64,000 nucleotides of DNA from Pecten maximus (taxonomy: Eukaryota), in assembly GCF_902652985.1 (NCBI RefSeq), contig NC_047027.1, positions 37,696,001 to 37,760,000 on the forward strand, given 5' to 3'. A model generated the notes under the pieces. It saw only the letters and a program-made list of their open reading frames with translations, did not search any database and had not been told where the DNA came from. This document shows, in pieces, positions 1 to 14,115 of this stretch. Made by a program: the position numbers and the translations under genes. How positions within the stretch are numbered: the stretch's first letter is position 1; each line of letters starts with the position of its first letter.

Positions 1-1040
1 TAGAGTGTCCATCTACAGGTATTCAGTAGTTAAATAACTTAGATTGTCTTCAACAGTCCCTAGGTCCGATGTTCCAACCGGATCCATAACTAAAACAATG
101 TTCAATGATGTAACATTAAAGTGTGTTGTCCCCAAGTGAATATGCAATGACATATTTAATTGTGATTTGCCCTAGAAAACATGGTGGGACAATACAACAT
201 GTTGTTCCCAAGTGAATGTATTGTGAAATGATGTCTGATTGTGTTTTATCAGAGGTTTTATGATTGACATTATCCAGTTAAATTCTGCTTCATCAACTCA
301 GATTATATACGTGTAGAGACCATAAAGAATTCACAGGATGTTTGTTGGTGAGAGCCTGTCAGTTTCCGAGCCGCTGAAGTAGTACTTCGGTGAACCGTGC
401 ATTGGAAATTAAGACATATTGATTTCATAACTTCTTATTAAAATTGATTTAAAATATTTCAACTGACAGTTTCCTACTTCATGTAGCATTAAGAATAAGT
501 GTAATGATATTGTGTAGAAAGTAAACAGACTAGAAAGATGGCACTCTCTCCGAGATGTGATGTATTTTTCATCCTGTTACAAATTGAAATTTACAACCTG
601 TTGACATGCACGTTTTCCTTCTCTGCAACTGCGCCCCGCTTATAGCTACAAATAATAGTGTTTAGATGATTTGGGCACATCTTACTTCATCATCACCAAG
701 CAGGGAATTCTATCCATACCACAAATTGATTTAAGTTTAAAAGGTTTATTTTCTGCATAAGAATGAATTCAATATGTTGGGAATCAAAAGACCTTCAGTC
801 AGAATACCTGCGTATTTACCATAATATAAACATTTGCCTGTCAATTGGACAACCTGAACAACACCTTGGTCACTTTTTATATTTACAATTACTTGATTTT
901 AACTTTGAGAAGTCTTCAATCATTTTTTCTTTCCTTCTTTTTTAAATCCGGCTGAAAATAAACCGTTAATCATCTTTCCTACATCAAACAACAAATATTC
1001 CGAAAATTCAGAAAAATATCATACAACAGCATGGTATAAT

Positions 1041-1633
1041 CAAGGGAGGTAACTCCATTTTTACACTGGTGACATCTGTAGATGGACTCCACAAGGGAGG
1101 TTACTCCAATGGTACACTGGCGACCTCTGTAGGCGGTCTTCCAAGGGAGGTAACTCCAATATTGGGAAGTAACTCCATTTATTACAACTGGTGACATCTG
1201 TAGATGGTCTTCATAAGGGGGGGTAACTCATATATATTACAACTGGTGACATCTGTAGATGGTCTCCACAAGGGAGGTAACTCCGATGTTACAACTGATG
1301 ACATCTGTAGATGATCTCTACAAGGGAGGTAACTCCAGTGGTACACTGGTGACCTCTGTAGATGGTCTCCCAAGGGAGGTAACTCTAATATTACAACTGG
1401 TGACATCTGGAGATGATCTCTACAAGGGAGGTAACTCAATTGTTACATCTGATGACATCTGTAGATGGTCTCCCAAGGGAGGTAACTCAATTGTTACATC
1501 TGATGACATCTGTAGATGGTCTCCACAAGGGAGGTAACTCCAATGTTACAACTGATGACATCTTTAGATGATCTCTAAAGGGGGGGGGGTAACTCCAATA
1601 TTATATAGCTGGTGACATCTGTTGGAGGTAACT
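1041..1633. repeat. Minisatellite, ~51-bp unit, ~11 copies
   Basis: Unit approx. CAAGGGAGGTAACTCCAATGTTACAACTGGTGACATCTGTAGATGGTCTC, recurring near 1041, 1092, 1142, 1268, 1321, 1371, 1423, 1473 and 1526; explains the ORFs at 979-1537. Confidence 0.95.
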
Positions 1634-3751
1634 ATTAGTACATGTTGTAATCTCCATAGATTGGCCTAGACTTATAAGACACACTAGTTCACTTAAGAAA
1701 TGATGGCTGTTTTTTAGTATCCAGCATTCATTTCCATTTTCAAGCCAGTCCAACGTGTGTTTGCCCCAGTGCTGTGTAGTTAATCGCTTGAGTACTGTTG
1801 ACCTTTAAGCATTTGCTAAAGTATTGATCATTTTTGTGAAAGGTATGCTATATGTACGTCTGTGTAATGAAAATGAAATAAATTATAGCTTAAAACAGAA
1901 AAGTTTGAGAAATACTGTCTGGGCAAAATCATTTTTACTCTTCTTCAAATAACTCCTGAGAGAAATATTTATTTCTTAGTTCGTGATGGTTGGTGATGTG
2001 TAGTGAATCCTTAAATCGGTCGATAATCATTTTTATTGTTTCAAAAAAGATGAGGCGATAGGAATAGACATTTTCTTGCATCAATTTTCTTCAATGGTGA
2101 GTATTAATTTAAAGTCTTATTCTATGATGTCATAAACAATTTTGACATTGTTTTCCAACCTTTTTTTTATCTATTTTACCATCAGCGACTGATATGTAGT
2201 ATTTCTTTATTGTACAGAATGTTTGCTCAATAAATTGCTCGTAAAAAAAAAAAAAAAGTTGCTCACTTATCGACTAAAAGTTTATACAACTCAACAGACA
2301 TGACATTCAAAGTTCAAGGTCAAAGTCAAAAATACTACCCGTAGATATCAGTTCTGCATTTAACGCCTAAAGCTGGGGGAAAAGAACCAAAAAAATCTGA
2401 CAGAATGATATACCTGCGCATTCAAAGAATGAGAATTTTCTCGACCACACTCGTATTGAGACGGGGGTATATTGATATGTTTTCGAACTTGGCCATTTTA
2501 TAAGATTGTATTTCCAATTTCTTCTTTTTTATTGCAAATGGGGAATACAACTAAAGCTCAATGCTACACACTTTATCTTAAAACAACCATTTCTCGATGT
2601 TTCATTGTGTGGTATTCTTGTAAAAAGTACAATATCTCCGGAGTGTTAATCACAGGCCGGAGTATATAGATATATATATGTATTCTTTCTATTGATTCTA
2701 ATCTTTCTAAGCCTCCTCAGAATCCTATTGGAGGTTTTTGAATCACATATACGGGCAGGAAGTAGATCAAGACAGCCAAAACAGACTGGAATTTTCATTG
2801 CAGCAATACGGGGGAAGTATATTAATTACCACTCGTAATCTCTGTTTTATTTCGTGCCATGTTGATATACCAAATTAATTTGTGTTAAAATGTTCGGGGC
2901 GTACATTACATTCTGCGTTAACAGGTTTCTCTGGGAATCTTTTCCGTTGTCAACTCAGAACCTGTTTGGAAATTTCTGTGAATTCCTGAAAATATATATC
3001 TCAATGACCAGAAGGTATTTCTCAAGGGCTAATACAATTTCTCACATCTTATTGGATTATTCAAAATATGAAGTTCCAGCGATATGAACAATCTATTTTC
3101 AAAGAAATAGTTTAAGAAAAATGAAAAAGAAATATGAGAAAAAAAAGAAGGAAAAACAGAAAAAAAAATGGAGAAAAAAGAGATAAAAACAAAAACCAAG
3201 AAAATATTGGCACATTTTCAGATATAATTTTTTGAAAATTGAATTTTTCAAAGTTAATTGATTTTAGTCATGTTAAGAGATAAGAAGAAAAAAGGGAAAA
3301 AAATATGCAGAGTTTCAAGAGATGATCCAATTTTCCATCATCCTTATATAACCGCTGTCTCTTGGGCTCCAAGTTGTCTCCCAAAGTGTTGATTTCTCAA
3401 CAATTAAAGATATTTTTTAATACAATATTACAAAAATATACAAATTATGAAATCATATTCATGTAGAGGATCCAAGAAAGTTGTCTTTTGTCAAACATTG
3501 TTTTACTGTTGTTATTGGGGTCTTTTTGGGGGGGTTTTTTTGGGTTTTTTTTTTTTACAAATTTTGATTTGATACCTCATAGAAACTTTACCTAATAAGG
3601 TTTCATAATTTATGATAACATATCAAAAGAATTAGGTTTGTGCCCATAGCCCGAAACTGTGTATATGATGCAACAGAATTCTAAGACTTTTCCACACGGC
3701 CATTTTGTCTTCACATATTAGGCCAATGCATGATTCATATAAATGATAAAA

Positions 3752-4027
3752 AGTGCTGGAATTCGGGGGTTAGATCTGGAATTGGGGGGTCAGTGCTGGA
3801 ATTGGGGGGTCAGTGCTGGAATTAGGGGTCAGTGCTGGATTTTGGGGGTCAGTGCTGGAATTGGGGGTCAGTGCTGGAATTCGGGGGTCAGTGCTGGAAT
3901 TCGGGGGTCAGTGCTGGATTTGGGGGGCAGTGCTGGAATTGGGGGGGGGGGCAGTGCTGGAATTTGGGGGGCAGTGCTGGAATTCGGGGGCAGTGCTGGA
4001 ATTTGGGGGGCAGTGCTGGAATTGGGG
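3752..4027. repeat. G-rich minisatellite, ~20-bp unit, ~14 copies
   Basis: Unit CAGTGCTGGAATT(C/G)GGGGGT with variable G-run length; explains four overlapping ORFs at 3743-4109. Confidence 0.95.
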
Positions 4028-5329
4028 AAAAGAATTGGAATTATGTAAGTATGCTTTTTCAGCTTCTTTAAAAATGACTTATTTATTATCACAAAATTAT
4101 AGATTATAAAAAGACTTTCGATGATACATGTAGCCAGATTAATGTGGCGCTTGTTTCTTTATTACAAGCTCAGTCTGTAGAACACATTTTTTACACGACA
4201 GATTTTTAGAAAATTTTATCATGCGACAAACATTACCTGAATTCTGTACAAGTTTGGACAAAAAAAGCACCTGGAAAATTGAGAAAAAGTGCTGGAAAAG
4301 TGTGTTATTTTTGTACGAAAAATCTGTACAAACCATGTAATATGCCAAACGGACCAACACACGAAGTTCCGACTCCATTAAAAGATCGGTTTAAATTATA
4401 ACAGGATAATGATATCTAGCTTTAATAGAACTGCCATCAACATCTATGGGTTTATTACCAAACATGGCCAAAAAAATACAGTAGCAGATCGAATTATGAA
4501 AATCCTTTATTTGCTCTGACTGAATTATCTCCCTTGGACAAACACAACTTTTCCAGTAATTCAACTTGATGCTGTATTTTGTTACTCTGGAAAATTCCTC
4601 AAATTTCGAGGCGGCATGCAAAGTCATCTTTGAGAAGAAGTTGTTAGGGTTATGGATCAAAGTCAAACCTTGTAAAGACGATTCCTGAACATTGGCCAAT
4701 TTGATTGACTACAGCAACAGACAGTAGTCCTTGAACATTCATCATATAGTTTCGCACCCTGTGTGTGTGGCCTTGGTCACCATGGAAACTGGTGCCTCCC
4801 AGATCACCCGGACTGTCTTAGTAACATTGACTCTCTATCGTGTGGAGGTTTCGTCCGGATCCGTTTTCATTATAGATCATGTCATTTTCCTCCTGGACAA
4901 TTTTCACTCAATCATGAGAAGTTTGTGAAAAAGTCCTATTAATGAATTTGACCTTTCAATTATTATTAAAATCAGAAATTAATTACCTTGACATTTGACG
5001 TAATAGAAAATCATTATTAAATGAAAGATATCTATCAACAAGCAATTAGTAGAAAATTATTATCAATTAAATAGTTAATTAACTTGACCTTTCATACAAT
5101 AGAAAATTATTATTTGATAAAAGATATTGTTGAAAAATTAGAATTGATAAAACAATTGGCAGAAATTTATCAAATCGGAGAAAAAAATCAGAAAAAAATT
5201 TTTTTTTAACAAAAATTAAGAACAAAATCATTATTAAAAAAAAGTTATCATACAAAATGATTATTAAACTTGAAAATAAATGCCCCCTCTGCCACGACAC
5301 CTCGAAACCTCAGCAGTTCCTGAGATTAT

Positions 5330-5467
5330 AAAGCTAGTTATATTGCATCGGGATGGGACGATATGCGACGGAACAGTATGGGACGAAACGGGACAGTCAT
5401 GGTAACATTATATGCCCCCCTCCGCCCTCCCCCCCCCCCCCATTTCATGCTGGGGGCATACTAAAAG
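5330..5467 (-). mobile_element. End of a Helentron-associated (HINE/DINE-like) non-autonomous element
   Basis: Short inverted repeat TATGCCCCC...GGGGGCATA next to a degenerate (GGGAC/GGACG) microsatellite and an A-rich flank, matching the usual HINE 5' architecture; family name inferred. Confidence 0.55.
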
Positions 5468-6130
5468 ATTACTTGCCTTGATATTTGACATGGTCAAAAA
5501 ATGTCTATACAAACATGTAATTGCAACATATGCAATATGATTAATTAACAACTTGTGACTATCACGTGATATTAATATGCTTCGTTATCCTGTCATACTT
5601 TGACAGTGACGCAGCTGCCATATATGCTTGTATATGAAAGGATCAACATTTTTACGGAAAGAAAAATGAGTACAGAAAAAAATCGAGAGAGAGACAAAGA
5701 GGGATAAAAGTCTATGAAGCATCCATATAATTTTCGACTAGCTAAGCCTCTGTTTGATGTGTCTCAGCCAGAAATGATTGGTTGATTAATTAATGAAACA
5801 TTTGAAATGCAATATTTTTATTTGTCTGCTGATCCTATGTCTTGTTTATATAGCCATCCAATTATAGGGTCACTTGGTGTCTTAAAGGGTCATCTAGTGC
5901 ACGGTCCTTTCATTTTGTAATCTCTATCACAAAGATGCTTCAACTGTGCTCAGTTCAAGAATAATTTTGATGATTTCAGCTCACAAAAATTAATTTTCTT
6001 TTTTTTTTTTATTTTTTTTTTTTTTGTCAAAATTGATGGAATATGCATTATTGCAGCATTTTTTAAAGGTATAGATCATATAGAGATAAAATAAGGGAAA
6101 TAACTTTTAGATAAGTCAAAAAAAATGTGT

Positions 6131-6150
6131 AAGGTGGCATACAGCCTTAA
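6131..6150 (-). mobile_element. Isolated TTAA-type (Kolobok-like) DNA transposon terminus
   Basis: AAGGTGGCATACAGCCTTAA is the reverse complement of TTAAGGCTGTATGCCACCTT; a related motif occurs at ~45109 and in tandem at 60047-60192. Confidence 0.4.
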
Positions 6151-7524
6151 TGAAATGGACAAATGGTGCAATTGTAATTTCGTGGTATGTTTTCCTGTGT
6201 TACTGAGAACGACATGGCAGGTTTATATATAAACTGACTTTTTATTAGTTATTTCTAGTAAACATGTCACAGATCTGGTTAGACACGGCAGGTTGATTAC
6301 TAGGTCAAAGGTAAATGACCTTATATGGTCATATATACCTATAATGTAGGTAACCAGTGTCATACCTGAGACAGATCTGGCCCCAGGTAATGATAGACTC
6401 ACCTGTACCGTTCAGTAAGACACTAATTAGTGTTACTTACCTTCAGACAGGTAGTATAGGTATACATCTAAGGTAAAGCTACGGAAATAACCAAAAATAA
6501 AAAAAACTCACAAAAGATATTGCATCATTTTGCACCTCCCGCATTTTCCTTTTTTGAATTGAAATAAAAATTTAATTCATTATTGGATGTGTAAGTTCTA
6601 TAGAAATTACTAAAAATTCAACAGAACATGTATATTTTGAAAAGTAACATTTTTTCCTTTCCAATTAATTTCACTACATTGTAATTAAACAAAACCATTA
6701 CAGTATCATTTATTGTGTTTTTCTTACTAACTTAAAAACAGCTTAAAACATTTCTTTTTTAAACATTTGATACTTATGAAAAACTTACTTGGATTATATA
6801 AATGCTTGCAAAAGTCAGTCTAACGTATCAAGTGCCTGTTGTGTCCAGTTTTGTTGGTAAAATGACTCAACTGTGGGACAAATGCCTCATAAGTTGTATT
6901 TATATTCAGATTTATTTGCTTGAATCCCTTACTATCTGTCACCTTGACTGTGAAATAAAAACAAAAAAACACATTAAGAAAAAAAAAAATCATTTTATTT
7001 TTTCAATATTTTATTTTTTCAATATTTTATTTTTTCAATATTTTCAATACTAAAAAAAACTACTTAAGAAATATGTTAATTCACTTTCAGACAGAGTACA
7101 TTACATTATATATAAACTTTAACATTATAAAAAGATATAGAAGTATACAGGTACACATATCAGAGATAGTTTCCAGGTTGAAATGTAGACCAAACTTTTT
7201 TGTGACAAAAATAGCATTTACCATAATTGAAAAAAATTCCATCTTAATTAAAAAAAACAGTTTGCAAATCAACTTTCAGAATGAGCTTTGGGCCGACCAT
7301 CTGAGCCCAAATAGAAACCTACAAAATTGAATTAAAAGACATATTGACATTGGAAAGTTTGTAATTTTAAAATCTTGATTAAATATGTTTAGTTAAGTCC
7401 ATAATTACTTACACAGTGCTGCTAAAAGTGTTCATTATTTACCAATTTTTTTATGCACAGAAACATTTTGTTAAGTTAAAATAATGAATCTGTTCTAACA
7501 CCTTGCCAGCTGTGAGGAGATGAT

Positions 7525-8035
7525 CAGTTTAAATCCGTGTCGATACAATTCTGCAGAAATTTACAGGATTATAGTGTACAAAACACAAAATCTCTCCATT
7601 AAAAGATGAATATCAAAATAATTAAAAGTCATGATATATTTATGTGTTTTATAATTTGTTTCAACCATTTGTTTGAAAACATTTAAATTGCAATAACTGG
7701 TGAAGCTGACAATGCTAGCAGATTATACTAGTTTCAGCACATACACTTATCAAGTTGTTTTACTGATTTGTTAGCTTAATGTGTACATAATCACCAGTTT
7801 AAATCCATGTTGATACAATTTTATAGGAATTTACAGGATTATAGTGTAAAAACACAAAATTTCTCCATTAAAAGATAAATATCAAAATAATTAAAAGTCA
7901 TGATATATTTATGTGTTTTATAATTTGTTTGAAAACATTTAAATTGCAATAACTGGTGAAGCTGACAATGCTAGCAGATTATACTAGTTTCAGCATTTAC
8001 ACTATCAGATTGTTTTACTGATTTGTTAGCTTAAT
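7525..8035. repeat. Local tandem duplication, ~270-bp period, 2 copies
   Basis: 7525-7780 and 7795-8035 are near-identical (…TTTACAGGATTATAGTGTA…CTGGTGAAGCTGACAATGCTAGCAG…). Confidence 0.9.
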
Positions 8036-9844
8036 TTGAATTCACTACAATTTCGGAAAAGTGTCTTTAAATTTATTTTTTTTTTTTTGAAAAATGTCTT
8101 ACCTCAGTATTTTTTAATTGAAAAATCCAGAATTGTGCTTTCTGTGTTATATTTCAATATTTCAAAAAATATAGCACGTAATGAATTTGCATGAAATTCT
8201 AATTAAGCTATTAAGTTAAATAACGAGGTCTACTAATGCAGGTGTTTTTGCCCTGTACCTGGGCCTGATGTAATTAACAGAATGGAGTGTTAATCCTCAG
8301 AGAGGCAACTTCATGAAATACATCACTTGTTTAATTGTTTGTTATTTCCATCCCAGGAAAGGTTCCCTGAACATACAGGTAAAAACCACAGGTATATCCA
8401 CAGGTAGCTAAGGTAAACCAATAGTAATCAGACCAAAACCGCAGGTGATCTACAGGTAAATTGTTTGTAAACTGCAGGTACACAATACTATCTAGATTAA
8501 TGCAAATATACAGGTGAATCGTTACTACATAACTGTCCAGGTGTATCATTCAGATAGTAAAATATTGTCATAGATACTGTGGTCTTAAATATTTGTTATA
8601 TACATTTATATGATCTTGACAGAAATGCACCATATACCCTTAAGTACCTAGATTTGATTTATAAATAGAGATTCATTCATGATATCGTAAAATACAGGCA
8701 TGCGTTTTTTTTATAACAATAGAATTTCCCGTACATTCATGACTGTCTGAAAAATCCATTTACTTTAGAATATATACATGTATATCAAATGACTTAGTTG
8801 TCATAACCATTACCTATGTATATAAATACATATATGTGTGTGTGTATATACATATGTGTTTTATAGTATTTTTATAATTTCTAATGATATATATCGGTTT
8901 ATAAATCTCTGGTTTGTTTGAAAATTGTGGGAATTTAAGTCTATAATAACTATGATTAACATCGTAGATATAAAGCCTCGTTAACTGTCCTCAGATCAAC
9001 ACAGCTCCCTAAAATATCAAAAAACATATATAGTATATATAATCTATGGTATAATACACAGCTCATTAAATCTCAAACTATACACCTTTTTAGGTGAAAT
9101 ACTTGTATGTCATTTAATCCTTAGAAGTTCACTGTCACATGCAGGTAAAGATCTCAACTATCTACCTGTAACGAGGTCTGCCAAGAACACTCTGACATAC
9201 TTTTCTCGCCACAGAAAACTTTTCAAAATCAATCCTCAATGTAAAGATCACATTCCAAAGAAATCAACTGGGGACAATGACTGTCTCAGTGTTAAAGCTC
9301 GCCTGGCCTTGGGAATTTACCTGTGGGACAGTCCATCCCTAGGGGAGACAGGACTCCAGGTGTGTAATCTTCAGGTGTGACTTCCTTCTATGTAACACAC
9401 CTAATTAACCCCAGCTGGAACCACAATTAATTTGTGAACTGGCTGGTTAATGAGGTGAAGTTTGCTGGACTTGGGGCAGTTATATGGTAGTGATGGGCAG
9501 ACCCTGCCCTCCCCTATATGAGATAATGGCTGAGCCCTCTTTGTGTGTGAATGGGTTGGCCTGTCTGTAGTACAGCAGTAGTATGGGATGTACCAGATAC
9601 TCCGCTTTCCCTTCCATGGCAGTGAGGTTCAGCAGTCGGCACCAACTTTTACAAGGGAGATTTTAACTGGCAACTCTGAAGTTTGTTGTGTTGAGTTGGT
9701 GTGGAACCCGTTTGTTGTCCCTCAGATCTCCCCGAACCTGTACCCTCCCTCCAGGGATCCTGTATACATGTGTGTGATTTTCGATGTGGCAAATTCAAAT
9801 ATGTGATTAATTTAAAAGTTTGGTGACCACTTTCGTTGCTCTAG

Positions 9845-9920
9845 ATGCATACCCTAGGACTGTGTGCTGCAGTTATCCTCTGCCTGTTTTTAGGGGTCGA
9901 AGCTTTCCAGGATGGACGAT
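9845..9920 (+). CDS. Probable first coding exon of a secreted or type I membrane protein (signal peptide, phase-1 intron follows)
   Basis: ATG at 9845 reads MHTLGLCAAVILCLFLGVEAFQDGR plus 1 nt, then a consensus donor GTAAGT at 9921. Hydrophobic core with a V-E-A (-3/-1) cleavage site. Preceded by a GC-richer non-repetitive segment; the upstream TTTCGTTGCTCTAG could also act as an acceptor. Confidence 0.7.
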
Positions 9921-12900
9921 GTAAGTACAATATATTAAAATTTAGGGGTAAATTCTTATGAGGGGATAAGAATTGAAAGGGAATTTGTGGCTATTTATAT
10001 CCGTGTCAAATTAAACCACATCTAAATAACTCATGTAAGATGAAATATCAAGACTTATCTGTAATTCTAGATTATCTAGATAAAAAAACAGTGTTTACCT
10101 GTCTCTTATCACGAGATGTCAGGGCCAACATCTTTTTAAAAACAACACAATCAGAAAAAACGGCAGGTGTGTGTATGCAGGTCAATACAGGGTCGGGGAA
10201 GGAATTTAAACGAACAATTTCTTTGTGTCAAGTTCCGATCGTTCAATATCTATGCATGAAGTTTGCCAGTCAGTGACGCTCTTCACATTCTTTAAATTCA
10301 ATTGAAGTATTTTGTTTACATTTTGATTAAGAAATGTATCAGATATATATATATAGGTCAAAATTCCTGATTATTAAAATCACGACAGGTGTTAATGTGT
10401 AGTATTTATATATATATTTAAGGCTATGTGTCAACCTATGAAAGGAATTTATTTTATCCTAAATATCAACAGTTATTATCGAGTCTTTATCAATTAAGAT
10501 TTTATCAGTTAAATAAGCTGCCGTGCCTGCTCTTTGTGTATTTAGTACGTCAGTTTAAATCTTAGATTTATAATGTTAAGGAGCTATAATATATGCTGCC
10601 ACTTTCGACTGTGTTTGTGAAGTTTTTGGCAGTATAAAGAGATTTGGCAGTATATTGAGGGAAATCTACAGAAAATGAGACCTGATTTAAGAATTAATGA
10701 AGTCAAGTTGAAAACGAAATGAAGGACATTGGTGGTTTTATTTAAAAATTAAGTCACAATTGTTTTATTGAAGTTTTACTCTACAACGATGAACATAAGG
10801 GCATTATAATGACGTTTAAATTTCATTCAAGATAACAAATGGCGTTATATCGAATTTTAATATTTACAATGATAAAGTTACGATGGTGAGGTGTTTGCTA
10901 GGTAATGACAAATGATAGGCTGAGGTTTTACTGTTTTTTACTTTATGTAAAGTTATATTGACGTTTCGCTGAATAAAGATAAAAAAGAGACGTTATACTG
11001 AGGTCTCTATGAAAAATGATGGCATTATATATCGCAGGATCTGTATCGCCATGAATAGCAATACTTTTTCTCACAGAGCCTGCTGCTGTTTGACCAATAT
11101 GATGCATAGCATGGCTGAACAATCCATGAAAATTATTCATGGGACGTGATTCTTGTAAAACAACTTCTTGTTATTGGTTTCAAGGACAATTAATATTGTG
11201 TGAATGCATTTTACGCCAGAGATATCCAAATTCTCTCTGCATGCGAGTGTCATGTTGGAAATATTTTATGGAGATGGCTTTCTTTAATTGTCTAGCCTTT
11301 GAAAGGTGTTAGATAGCCATTCAAATGAGTGGTATAAATTGGGGTCCTGATTCACAAATTACATTTCCACACATTATTTTTGTAGAGATTAATTCTAGCA
11401 AGCCACATATCACTATTGAATAACATTAACACGTATACTAGGCCTAGTACTAGGTTTCCTGTGAGATTAAAAGTTCCGGACTTTTCCATCATCCTGTACA
11501 AGTGATGGACGACCAATCATTTTGCAACGTCAAAGTCCCAAATGCTTTCAGATCGTCGTTTGTCGAAGCTTGATGGAAATGTTAATTGCCATTGGAAGTA
11601 CAAACTCGTTTCTACAGAACGACTGTTTCACATTTTTGTTTTGTTTAAAAAGATCTTAGAATGACTGAACCAATCAGCTGTGTGACAAAATAGATCCTTT
11701 CTCTGTTTTGATGTCCCTCATCTTGTGTGGTTTGTAACAGAATGAAAAAGTCATATCTTACTTCTATGAGAGAGCGATCAGTCTCCCGTTGACATTTAAC
11801 AATTCTAGAAGTCAAATAACATTTACCTAAAAACTGGACAGTTGAAAATAGATCACAAACATTGTCTATATAGCTTTCAATCCCAGGAGTCAAAATTCAA
11901 GTCCAGGCATTTACTCCGAAAGTTTACAGCAAGTTTACAGCGATAATCTTTGTCGTGCCTGTCAGCCCATAAAATGAAATTACTATACTGCTGGCTATAA
12001 CATAGTACAGTTTCAAGAGAGCAACTGTAAAGAGAGAGGCCATTTTGAAAAGTGAATTTCCTTCGTGTCCGAGTTTTCAGAATCTGTTATAGATGTGTGT
12101 GTTATGTCTGTAAAATATGTCCACTGTATGACGTGTGGTATTATAGCTATATTTATCACACGACACAATTCACATTTTTTATGATGTCATACTATGACGT
12201 TATGACATCACTGTTACATGAAATTTTCTCATTCAAAGAAAAACAGATATTTGATGCAAATCGTCTTCGTACGATTTCCAGGTCAAAATTTCATAATTAG
12301 TCCACATCAGAAATCCAAAATATAATTTGAAGCTTGTGGAAAGTTGATTTGCTGGAACGACAGGACAATTTAAATGATTATCTTCAATAAATTTGTTTTA
12401 CTTAAACTGTAATGACTACCTTGGTTGATAACGAATCTTAAAGACATCATTATAATTGTTTGACCTTGTGTATGATTAAATGAATGTTTTGAATGGATAT
12501 ATGTAGTGAAATATAACATTTTCCAAGATGAATCTCTGTGAGAGCGTTGATATAAAACCTAATTTTGAATTAAGTTAAAATTTACAAAGAAATTAAAAAT
12601 TTACAAAGAAATTTGAAATTTAAAAAGATATTCAAAATTTACAAAGAAATTCAAATTTTTTTTTTTTTCTTATAAACACTTTCATCTTGTTTTCGCATAA
12701 CACATTAAGTCTGAAATAAGAATTTTTGATGGGTCATATACCAGTATATCAAAAAGTAATTTTGACAGCTAGCTATAGGTATATAAAAATCAATATGTCT
12801 GTAGCAGTAAGTTTTCAATGATGAATGACCAAAATGAATGAAAAACTAAACAGTCAGAAGAGCTCCCATGATGGTCGAAATTGTTTATTTGTGTCTGTGA

Positions 12901-14115
12901 CAGTTTTTACTATTTTTTATATGCAAACAATACAGGTGTGAATTCTAGTGGCCTGAACCGCCTCTAAGTTTCATGACATCCAGTTGAACTTTGACTTTTA
13001 GCAATTTCAGAAGTCAAATTACCTTTTCTCACAAATCTGAATGGTCAAAACCTATGTCAAATAGATATGCTCCTTCAAACTCAAGAGTCAAATCTGATTT
13101 TGGAGAGTCAAAAACATACTCTCAGCTAAATTCCTATACTGGATTATCTCCCCCTGGTTTGAAACTTAAAATCAGAAATATCCTATAGAGACCAAAATCA
13201 TAATGCTCAATTTTATTTATAATTTTAAAATTCTAAAGACACCCTAGTTTGAATTCCTGAACGTTTGCTGTATAGCAAAAGTCTTCCTTTTCTTGAGAGA
13301 GATTGTGATGATGATTCATGGAGAGTACAAATTAACATTTAATTACTATCTGTTTTTGTCAAAGAATATTGTTGCCTTTTGTATTAGTTATCAGGAAATT
13401 TAATTAGGAACTGTGATGTGTTAGCTGTTGGTAATAAAAATAATGTAACACAATTATTTTTTTTCTTCTGTAAAAAATTTTTTTCAATGAAAATGCTGAT
13501 ATGATATACAAGGACATACGTCTGAAATTCAGTTTTAATTGTTTATTTATGACTGTATAACGATAAGCTGAGGTACTTTCGGTACTTTGATATTTTACTG
13601 GAGGAGATCGACCATAACTCGGAGATCCCAATGCAATCAGTCGCAGTATCAAGTACTCGCAGTAATCAGCGGGGTGGTCATGAATTATAAAACGTCGGGG
13701 AAACCTGAAAGAATGTTTGTTAAATGAATAGGTAGTGAAAGCCGATAATAGCAGTGAAAGTCATCATGGTTGTTAAAACCACTGCCTATATATATATCTT
13801 AATGATATTGTAATATAAGAGGTATATGTTTCAGTTGTTAATTATATCTCTACTTATATATACTGATATGCTTTTTGAATTACATGTAATGAATTGTTGT
13901 TTGGAATATAATTTGATTTCAATGTTCCCCTTTTCAATTTTGATTAAGATTTTTTGATTTTTTTTTTCTTAATCAACAAATGCCGCTCCCCCCCTCCCCC
14001 ACTCACATATACCCCCACCCCCATCTAACCACCCCACCCTACCCCCACCCCCATCCCCCTGCACTTACAAATAATTATAAACCCCTTGTAGCCTATCAGA
14101 AAGACACACCAATAT

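Noticed and set aside
8371-8545. Zelda/TAGteam (CAGGTAG) interpretation of the CAGGTA cluster
   Set aside because: Only one full CAGGTAG is present, and Zelda is known from arthropods whereas the repeat content points to a mollusc
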